From a virus (taxonomy: Duplodnaviria; Caudoviricetes): a stretch of DNA of 53,614 nt. Position numbers and translations under genes: made by a program. Positions 46,668 to 53,614 of the stretch are shown piece by piece; within the stretch, counting starts at the first letter, position 1; every line of letters starts with the position of its first letter. Below the pieces are notes generated by a model. The model worked only from the letters and a program-made list of their open reading frames with translations. It was not told the origin of the DNA and made no database searches. Location of the stretch: positions 1 to 53,614 of IMG/VR virus record IMGVR_UViG_3300034120_000351. One strand, 5' to 3'.

Positions 46668-47081
46668 TCAGATGAATGCTCGGATTGCCAGCGGGTCACC
46701 AGTTACCTGCCCGATGATATCCAAGTCGTTAAAAATAACAAACATCGCAGAGTCGTCAGTGCCAGGAATCTTTACTTCCCAGCGGTCACCGCCGTACTTA
46801 GCCACGCGAACGTATTCACCAGCTTTGCACCACTCGCCCTCTGGCCACGTCTTCATGTCATTGCGGTTCTTGAAAGCCAGCGGACCCAAGGCAATTACTT
46901 TGCCAATTTGAGTGTTCCACTTTTCTGTTTCATTGTTACCCGCGATGTCGAGAATGATGCCCCCAGCGGACTTTTTCTTCGGTGTGCGAATCTGAATCAG
47001 AACACGGCTTCCGAAAGGCTGAATGCCAGCATCTACTGCTGGAAAAGCCTCCGCCATTGCGTTCTCATAAGTCATTGTCAA
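46668..47081 (-). CDS. GroES-like co-chaperonin
   Basis: IQPFGSRVLIQ, KSAGGIIL mobile loop, GKVIALGP, KYGG and NDLDIIG motifs. Confidence 0.85.
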   Translation of the reverse strand: MTMTYENAMAEAFPAVDAGIQPFGSRVLIQIRTPKKKSAGGIILDIAGNNETEKWNTQIGKVIALGPLAFKNRNDMKTWPEGEWCKAGEYVRVAKYGGDRWEVKIPGTDDSAMFVIFNDLDIIGQVTGDPLAIRAFI

Positions 47082-47262
47082 GGTTTTTCTCCTGGTCTAC
47101 AAGGTTTAAAAGTACGTTGATTGCCGCCTCATAACCGGCAACCATTCCCACGCGATACCCGTACTCAAAAGTGTCGCGAGTCTGAGGGCGTCTCAAGGCG
47201 TCAACAGCAAAGGACTGCTGTTCTGCCTTCAGACGATTCAGGAGTTGAGACTCAAGGTTCAT
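47065..47262 (-). CDS. Hypothetical protein
   Basis: 65-aa coupled ORF. Confidence 0.7.
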   Translation of the reverse strand: MNLESQLLNRLKAEQQSFAVDALRRPQTRDTFEYGYRVGMVAGYEAAINVLLNLVDQEKNLDNDL

Positions 47263-47396
47263 GCAGGAGTCTTAGGTGTAGAAGGCGCAGCGGGCAGGGT
47301 CTGACCGTTCAGCTTCTCACCTGCCGCTAGGCGGTGTTTCTGTTTCACAAATGCGCCAGTCATAGGGACTGTGCCTGGAGTGGGTTTGTCGCTCAT
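47259..47396 (-). CDS. Hypothetical peptide, 45 aa (MSDKPTPGTV...)
   Basis: Read manually; GAGG RBS, ATGA coupling. Confidence 0.6.
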   Translation of the reverse strand: MSDKPTPGTVPMTGAFVKQKHRLAAGEKLNGQTLPAAPSTPKTPA

Positions 47397-47406
47397 AATG
47401 TTTTCC

Positions 47407-49899
47407 TCAAGGGTTAGGGTTAATTCCGGTTCCGGTGCTCACTGCGACTCGCTCGCCCGTCGCCATCTCGGCAGCGGCTAACAGTTTCGCGGTGTCGTTG
47501 TCAGCCGTGTTCATGCGCTCGCGAGTCTCAAGGTCGGCGGCGGTGCGCTGGTTTTCGGCTTCTTGTCTCATCTGCTCAGCTTGCATCTTCTCAAAGTTGG
47601 CTTGCTGCTGGGCTTGTAACTTAGCGGCTTCAAGTTGCTGTTGTGACTGCATCTTCTGCTGTTCGATTTGCAACTTAGCTTGATCAATCTGACCGCGCTG
47701 CTGGGCGATCTGACCTTGCACCTGAGCGTTGAGCTGGGCAACCTCCATGCTACGGTCAGGCGGCATAGGTGGCTGGGGCTTGAACTGCTGAGCGGCTTGA
47801 TCCAGCTGTGCCAGCTCTTGACCGAAGTTACCGAGCTGTTGCTCGATGAACTTCTGCACTTCCAAGATGACTTTGACCTGCTCTTCGGCTTCTTCCTGAA
47901 TCAACTCCTCACGCTGTGCCTTGTCAACGGCGTTGTGCGCTTCGACGAGGTAGTAATTGAGCAGGTGATCACGCAAGTGCGTAGCGATCGGGTACAGAAA
48001 CGTCTTCGCAATGGCAGGATTTGACCCGAAAAGCGGAGATTTCAAGAAAGGTATGTGCGTCATCAAGTGCGCCATGTGATCTTGCGACGGGAGCACGTAA
48101 ATTGGGCGTCCCATAGCGGCGGCGACGTTCTCGCTCACCGGATCCATGTCCTCGCTTCCTGGCAACGGCTGCAGCACCTCATTCGCAGGCACTTTCATGT
48201 TGCGGAGGAACATTTCCTCTACTTTTCGCACATCATACATCTGCGGCATGGCTTGCGCACGCTGCATAATTGCCTGAGTTTGCGCAAAACGCTGGGTTTC
48301 GCTGAAAATTGCGGGGTCGCTGACAGGAATAACGTCAAGCGGACCATCAAAATCAGACGGATCGATGTCAAGACCCGCCGCTTGTGCCTCAATGTCCTCA
48401 ACAGTCAGGTATGCGCTGTTGATGCGGTGCAAAATCTTGAAGCAACGCGCCATCGAGCCATGCAAACGGCTGTGAATTGAGCTGAACACCACCATGCCCT
48501 GCTCAATGAGCGCCATGGTTGTGCCTACAGGCTGGTTAGGGTTCTGGTCAGAGAGCTTCTCAAAGGACGTTTGCACCACGCCCTTGCCTGCGTCTACGAG
48601 GAAGCCGAGAAGTTGGAACAGAGTTGGGCTGGGACCGTTGAACGGCAGTGGCATCGCCAGCTTGCGCACGTCATCAATCAGCGCTCCACCCTCCATCTCA
48701 ACGACTTCTGTCGGCTGGACGTTGAGGGTTTGCCCTCCTGGACCGCCTTTGAGCTTGAGCAGCGTGGGGACGTTCTGAATGTGAGCCGAGTCAAGCAGGG
48801 CGCGGAGTGCGCCGGTGGCTGCACCGCTCAGACCGCCAATCATGTGCGTCAGACCGATAGGGTACGCACCGCGCCAAGGCACGAATGGGAACTCCACAAT
48901 CCAATCAAGCTCAAGCTGACGGTCGTCATCAGGCTCCCAGTTACGGTACAAGCCCAAGCCGAGGTTGGTCGTCTTGTCAATGCTCAGAATGTACGGCTCG
49001 GGACCATCACCGAAGTCGAGGTATGTGTAAACTTCAAAGATCGTGCGTAAGCCGTCTTCGTTGTAGCTCAGGTCTTTGCGTCCCTCAATCTTGTCGTTAG
49101 CCTGAGTGGACTTGCTGAACTCGGGATCTTCCGGCATACCCAAGTCAACGTCGCGGTACATGCCTGACTTGACACGGCGCTCGTATTCAAACTTCGTAAT
49201 GTACTGCACGTGCGTCTTACGCTCGGCGGTGTAGAAGTTGGTCGCCGCGAACGGCAGGTAGACGTCATCAATAGCGATGAACTCTGCGCAGGGGCGGCGG
49301 TGGAGCGGGTTCCACATGAACTTCATGTACTGACCGCCGCCGAGCGGGAGCTGCGTGCTCAACTGCTCAAGCTCGCCACGGAACTCCACCATCTGCTCAG
49401 TCGTCTGCCAGTTCATGAAGTCCGCTTTACGCTGGGCTTTCTGAACCTTGGACTTGTCTTTCTCGCCGAGGATCTTGCTCTTTACGGGACCATTGGGCGG
49501 GAAGACCTCCTTCATGAAGCGGGCAGAGAAGTCCACGCACGCCTCGACGAGCATTGGGTGCACGACCTTGTTTGCGCCGGTGAACTGAGCACCTCCAGGA
49601 GCATCATCACCTAAGCCGGTGCGACGCAAACCCTCCTCGTACTGCTTGTCGCGCTTCTCACGAGCCTCTTTGTCGTTGCCGATCTTTTCTACGAGGTCGC
49701 TGATGGCGGTCTTGAGCAGGTCTTGATCGACCTCCTCGACGATATTGGCAAAGTGGGCGAGCTTTGTCGCGTGGTCGGTGTCGTTCTTCTCACGCAGGAT
49801 TGCGCCACCGTCCTCAGTGTCCTCGACCTCGTTGTCAACGTCCTCAAGCTGAATCGTTTCGCCTTCAGACATTTCGTCTTCTAATCTTTCAGTAGCCAT
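47407..49899 (-). CDS. Portal protein
   Basis: 830 aa; VHPMLVEACVDF, PPNGPVK, GAYPIGL.HMIGGL and PVGTTMALIEQG motifs; Gln-rich coiled C-terminal barrel typical of podovirus portals. Confidence 0.85.
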   Translation of the reverse strand: MATERLEDEMSEGETIQLEDVDNEVEDTEDGGAILREKNDTDHATKLAHFANIVEEVDQDLLKTAISDLVEKIGNDKEAREKRDKQYEEGLRRTGLGDDAPGGAQFTGANKVVHPMLVEACVDFSARFMKEVFPPNGPVKSKILGEKDKSKVQKAQRKADFMNWQTTEQMVEFRGELEQLSTQLPLGGGQYMKFMWNPLHRRPCAEFIAIDDVYLPFAATNFYTAERKTHVQYITKFEYERRVKSGMYRDVDLGMPEDPEFSKSTQANDKIEGRKDLSYNEDGLRTIFEVYTYLDFGDGPEPYILSIDKTTNLGLGLYRNWEPDDDRQLELDWIVEFPFVPWRGAYPIGLTHMIGGLSGAATGALRALLDSAHIQNVPTLLKLKGGPGGQTLNVQPTEVVEMEGGALIDDVRKLAMPLPFNGPSPTLFQLLGFLVDAGKGVVQTSFEKLSDQNPNQPVGTTMALIEQGMVVFSSIHSRLHGSMARCFKILHRINSAYLTVEDIEAQAAGLDIDPSDFDGPLDVIPVSDPAIFSETQRFAQTQAIMQRAQAMPQMYDVRKVEEMFLRNMKVPANEVLQPLPGSEDMDPVSENVAAAMGRPIYVLPSQDHMAHLMTHIPFLKSPLFGSNPAIAKTFLYPIATHLRDHLLNYYLVEAHNAVDKAQREELIQEEAEEQVKVILEVQKFIEQQLGNFGQELAQLDQAAQQFKPQPPMPPDRSMEVAQLNAQVQGQIAQQRGQIDQAKLQIEQQKMQSQQQLEAAKLQAQQQANFEKMQAEQMRQEAENQRTAADLETRERMNTADNDTAKLLAAAEMATGERVAVSTGTGINPNP

Positions 49900-49907
49900 T
49901 GCTTACC

Positions 49908-52900
49908 TCACATAAACTGGTTGAGTATTGCGTCCACGCGACTCGGGTCGTACGCTGTGACGCTGCCGCCTTCGGCGTAGTTACGCGGGGCGCTGATGCT
50001 GTTGATGATCTCATCGACTTGGTTCGGGTCGTAAGACACTGAGCCACCCTCGGCAAAACCTTTGCGCGTCAAGAACTCAACGGCTAAAGGGTTCATCGCC
50101 TTGTACACGTCTTTGTTGGACACCTGCGGTGCGATGTTCCTACCGCTGAGTTGCAATTCACCTCTGCCCAATCCTTGCGCTTTGCGCAGGTCAAGCATCG
50201 CCAGCGGCGCTAGGTTCTCAGCGAGATCACCCATAGTGCCACCGGCTTCAAAGTATTGGCGGAACCGAGGGTCATCCATGACCGACTTGAACGTCCCTTT
50301 GCTTCCGGCTCGCTGGAGTTCGTACACGGCGCTGTTCAGCGCTCGGCGGTCAAACACCTTGCTCGGATTGTCAGTAGCAAAGAACGAGTAAGACGTCGGG
50401 ACGCGCTCGGCTAAGTTAGCAGGAGACGCGATAATCGTACGCAACTCCCTGTTCTGTTTTCCTGGGAAGTACTCATTAGCGGCGAACCTGAAGTCTCCCT
50501 CGCTCGGTGCGACGTCAAACGCAGCTTGTGCTGCGCGGGGATGCGTGTGAAAATCTACGATAGGTCTGTCGCCCTTGACAGCGCGTAAGATGTCAAGCTG
50601 GTTCGGGTTTACAGAGTCCCAGTCCCCAGACATGATCGTGCCTGCGGGTCCTCGGTCACTAGAGCCGACGACGGAATGCTCAATGTCTTTTGAAAAAGCC
50701 CTGCCTAACGCTTCCCTGATCGTCTTAGCCTGAGCGGGGGCTTCCCGTGCGACCAGCTTCATCAACGAGGTTATGTTTCCGGCTTGAGCTTCTGCTGGCG
50801 CACCGGAGATGACTGCGGCGGCGAGGGTCTTGCCGACCTTGCCAAACGGGAGCAACATAGAAGCCAAGTCAACTGCGTCCTGCGGCATGAGGCTCGCGTT
50901 CAGCTTGTCGCCGATGTCAGACTTCTGGCTACGCTTACCGGCGTTGGGATAGATGCCAAACGCGGCTTGCTCATCTGCGTCAACCGAACCACCCTCCTTG
51001 TAACCTTGCTTACCCGCGTCAGGGTTGACAAATGCGCGGAACTGGCTCTCACTCATGAAGCGCGGTGCGTCAGGATTGAAGTTCGTGGCGTAGTTGAACT
51101 TGTCCATCCGCTCATGCGGCAGGTCGTAATCCAAAACATCCGCAAGCGCTTTCTGCACGCCAGACGGGTTACGCAGATCTACGATATCGTAGTGGTGCAA
51201 ATCTTTGACCGCACCCCACTCACCAGCGTTTAAAAACTTGAGCACCGACTCGGTAATCTTCTCTTTATACGCAGGGTCGCGCTTTGTGTACTCGCGGGCG
51301 CGTTCACTGCTGAAGGCGTTCTCAACCGGCTTCAACTCGGTGATGTCGAGCGGAGTTACACCTCTTTTAGGTAACATGCGCTCGGCTTGCTCATACACGC
51401 TGTTGAGAATGTCACGAGCGGCTTTAGGTAGCTCGCTCTCAGCGCCCGCCCCCAGCGTCATCGCTAAGTCTTCCGCATCTCCGAAGCCTCGGTCCGACAG
51501 AATCTGCCCCGCGTTGCGGTAGATCTGATCAGCGATGGCGTCTTCTTCGTCAAGCACATCACCTAGCTCTAAACCTTTGTTCTTAGATTTGGTGATCATC
51601 GCCTGAGCATGAGGGCGACCCTCAGCGTCAATCAGAGTTGTCAAGCTGTTTTCACCTGAGCCATAACGCTTGGCGAGACCCTCTCCCTGCGTACACCAAC
51701 CGGCTTGTCGACCGAGCGTTGTGCAGAGCTTCATAGCCGAATCGTCAACAGTCGCGGGAATGTCAATCCACTTCATTCCTGGCTCTTTGACGAATGACAG
51801 CTGCGCGTCAGGGATCTCAAGTTTCGGCGTGGCAGTCAGGTTACCCATCATGTCTTCTAGCTCTGCGTCAGATGCCGATTTGGCTCGCCACTTGTTGACT
51901 GCGTCAACCTTCTCCACCATCTGTTTAACCGATAGTTTGTCAAGCTGTTGAGGCGTCAAGCGTAACGCGGCGGGCAAGCCTGACTCGGGGTCAAGCATGT
52001 TCTGAATCTCATCCGCCATGTGACCGAACCCGAGGTTCTCATTGAGATCCATCGTGTTGTCAATCTTGTAAATCAGCGTCTCTGGGTCGAGCTTCTCAAT
52101 CCACGGATTACGCTCTGCTCGTTGCACAGCCCCCTTAGCGCCTTCCATGCTGGGTTTTTCCCGCGCCATACGAAACTGCTCTTGATAAGCTCCGGCAGGG
52201 CTTGACGTGATCTCCGTGTCCGCGAGGTTCTCCCACAACTCGGCTTTGCGAGTGTTGGCTTCCATATCCTCGGGATAACCCGCGTCGGCGTGCTTTTTAG
52301 CGGCGAACCCTTCCTCAGGGTAGCCCGCCTTGCGGCGCATAGTCGCCGTTTCCTCAGGCAACCATGCACCGAGTTCTTCAGCAGCGTTACCAGGAATGTG
52401 CGAATAGCCTTCCTCGTGTGCGAGACGGATTGGGTCGTCCGGTGTGCCCATCTCGTTACGGATGTACTTTTCGAGCTTGCTGTCAAGCCACTTGTTGACC
52501 GCGCCCCTCTCCTCGCCGACGAGCTTGTTCAAGACGTCAGGTCGGTTTTCCCGCAACCATGGGACAGGGTATTGGTAAACACCTTCGTCAATCATCTTTG
52601 ACCAAAGGTCTTCACCGGCGGCTTGGTTGATCAGATCTCCGCTGATGACTTCAGGATTGCGCTTTAAAGGGTACACCGACATTTTCACGCTATCTCTTGA
52701 ACCGAGCGTCGGTGCCCAATTACCACCCTTAGGCTTCACGGCATACGACTTCAGGGGTGAGGTTACGTTCTGAACAATGTCGCGGGCAACGTAAGGCGCG
52801 GTCTGCACGAGGTTAGTACCCACGCGCTTTGCGAGGCTCGTCAACGGCGGCGCGACCAACATCGCAGCTTCCGCAGTGTCATCGGGCAGCAGGGGGACGT

Positions 52901-53399
52901 TAGCCTTGTTGACGTTAGTGATCGGCTGTCCGTAGCTCAAGCGCTCAGTGGTGCGAGCGAGCGCTGGCACGCCGAGGAACTCCATCGTCCCCTGCATCTG
53001 CTGCGTGCGCTGAGGCGAGTAAGTCTGCTTGAGGAAGTTGGCAATCGCACCCAGTGCTGAGTTCTGCGGCTGTACGCGGACTGAGTCGCCCTTAGCGTAG
53101 TTGGTCCTGACGAACCCGCCGTCCGCCCACTTCACCTTGTTCGCCCAATACGCTGGGCTGCTCGGACCCTTGGCGATGTTCTTTGCGTGACGTGACTTGA
53201 ACGAGGCTCGCTTCGCCTTCATGCGGTCGGACTCGCCCTCCTTAGGCTTACCCGCCGTGCTAGCGCCCTGCTCGCCGAAGCGAATGATCTTCTCCTTGCC
53301 GTCCACCTTCGTCTTGACGATGTGGCTCTTAGTCGGATGATTAGGCGTGCGGCGCGGTTGATTGAGCGGCAAGCTGTCCTTGTCAACGCGGTCTGTCAT
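49908..53399 (-). CDS. Large multidomain (polyvalent-type) protein with C-terminal JAB/JAMM metallopeptidase-like domain
   Basis: 1163 aa; basic N-terminal module, central GWCT...LIDAEGRPH (PcfJ-like) region, E...HTHP-x11-SEGD motif; modules separated by [WYF]xxGG. Confidence 0.65.
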   Translation of the reverse strand: MTDRVDKDSLPLNQPRRTPNHPTKSHIVKTKVDGKEKIIRFGEQGASTAGKPKEGESDRMKAKRASFKSRHAKNIAKGPSSPAYWANKVKWADGGFVRTNYAKGDSVRVQPQNSALGAIANFLKQTYSPQRTQQMQGTMEFLGVPALARTTERLSYGQPITNVNKANVPLLPDDTAEAAMLVAPPLTSLAKRVGTNLVQTAPYVARDIVQNVTSPLKSYAVKPKGGNWAPTLGSRDSVKMSVYPLKRNPEVISGDLINQAAGEDLWSKMIDEGVYQYPVPWLRENRPDVLNKLVGEERGAVNKWLDSKLEKYIRNEMGTPDDPIRLAHEEGYSHIPGNAAEELGAWLPEETATMRRKAGYPEEGFAAKKHADAGYPEDMEANTRKAELWENLADTEITSSPAGAYQEQFRMAREKPSMEGAKGAVQRAERNPWIEKLDPETLIYKIDNTMDLNENLGFGHMADEIQNMLDPESGLPAALRLTPQQLDKLSVKQMVEKVDAVNKWRAKSASDAELEDMMGNLTATPKLEIPDAQLSFVKEPGMKWIDIPATVDDSAMKLCTTLGRQAGWCTQGEGLAKRYGSGENSLTTLIDAEGRPHAQAMITKSKNKGLELGDVLDEEDAIADQIYRNAGQILSDRGFGDAEDLAMTLGAGAESELPKAARDILNSVYEQAERMLPKRGVTPLDITELKPVENAFSSERAREYTKRDPAYKEKITESVLKFLNAGEWGAVKDLHHYDIVDLRNPSGVQKALADVLDYDLPHERMDKFNYATNFNPDAPRFMSESQFRAFVNPDAGKQGYKEGGSVDADEQAAFGIYPNAGKRSQKSDIGDKLNASLMPQDAVDLASMLLPFGKVGKTLAAAVISGAPAEAQAGNITSLMKLVAREAPAQAKTIREALGRAFSKDIEHSVVGSSDRGPAGTIMSGDWDSVNPNQLDILRAVKGDRPIVDFHTHPRAAQAAFDVAPSEGDFRFAANEYFPGKQNRELRTIIASPANLAERVPTSYSFFATDNPSKVFDRRALNSAVYELQRAGSKGTFKSVMDDPRFRQYFEAGGTMGDLAENLAPLAMLDLRKAQGLGRGELQLSGRNIAPQVSNKDVYKAMNPLAVEFLTRKGFAEGGSVSYDPNQVDEIINSISAPRNYAEGGSVTAYDPSRVDAILNQFM

Positions 53400-53560
53400 T
53401 TCTTCCTCGCTGCTCTCATGTTGTCAACGAGGTTGGGGTAAGGGCGTCCGGCGCTCTTTGCTGCCGCCTTTGCTGACGACTTAGCAGACGATGAGAGCGT
53501 CTTGCTCTCGCCGAGGCTCTTTGGTCTCGCTTTATCCCAGATCTGTTTCTTAGGCTGCAT
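53396..53560 (-). CDS. Small basic protein, 54 aa (...AGRPYPNLVDNMRAARKK)
   Basis: Read manually; GAGG RBS, ATGA coupling to the 1163-aa gene. Confidence 0.65.
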   Translation of the reverse strand: MQPKKQIWDKARPKSLGESKTLSSSAKSSAKAAAKSAGRPYPNLVDNMRAARKK

Positions 53561-53614
53561 ACGGATTTATCCTCGGCTTGTTTGAGATGCGTGGCTCGTC
53601 AACGTCCCTTGCTT
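53550..53614 (-). CDS. 3' end of a gene, probably terminase large subunit
   Basis: Frame ends ...DVDEPRISNKPRINPYAA*; position upstream of the portal; only about 20 codons visible. Confidence 0.4.
   Translation of the reverse strand, partial: ARDVDEPRISNKPRINPYAA

Noticed and set aside
7638-46847. Treating all TGGCC sites as evidence of protection by modified T
   Set aside because: About half are forced by Trp-Pro codons, so only the avoidable sites were used as evidence
1-53614. tRNA, rRNA, integrase, repressor, intron/intein, reverse transcriptase or DGR
   Set aside because: None recognised by eye; tRNAscan and HMM searches would be needed to exclude them formally

Overview
This window is most of a lytic double-stranded DNA tailed-phage genome, probably podovirus-like. 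It is cut inside a small gene at the left end and inside a probable terminase gene at the right end. The left arm (1-5310, minus strand) carries small genes, a primase-polymerase/helicase and an SF2 helicase. A divergent promoter region lies at about 5310-5550. The plus-strand early/middle arm (5550-19712) has small genes with a repeated leader motif and a thymidine-hypermodification cluster: PLP enzyme, amino acid:DNA transferase, P-loop kinase, helical HMUDK partner, dUMP hydroxymethylase-like TS, HD hydrolase and DUF3310. It also encodes a family B DNA polymerase, AAA_24 ATPase, DUF669 SSB, Cas4-like exonuclease and RuvC. The minus-strand late arm (19751-53614) encodes ejection proteins, tail tube/adaptor proteins, a lysis cassette, tail fibres, major capsid, scaffold, GroES, portal and a 1163-aa multidomain protein. 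Five observations stand out: (1) the hypermodification cluster; (2) a genome-wide signature in which GGCC and CCNGG sites survive almost only next to a T, suggesting which T contexts are modified; (3) a recurring [YFMLW]-x-x-G-G motif punctuating several late proteins, one of which carries a JAB/JAMM protease domain; (4) a T4-holin-T-like protein; (5) a candidate pseudoknotted RNA leader after the capsid gene. All family calls come from motif recognition by eye, not database searches.
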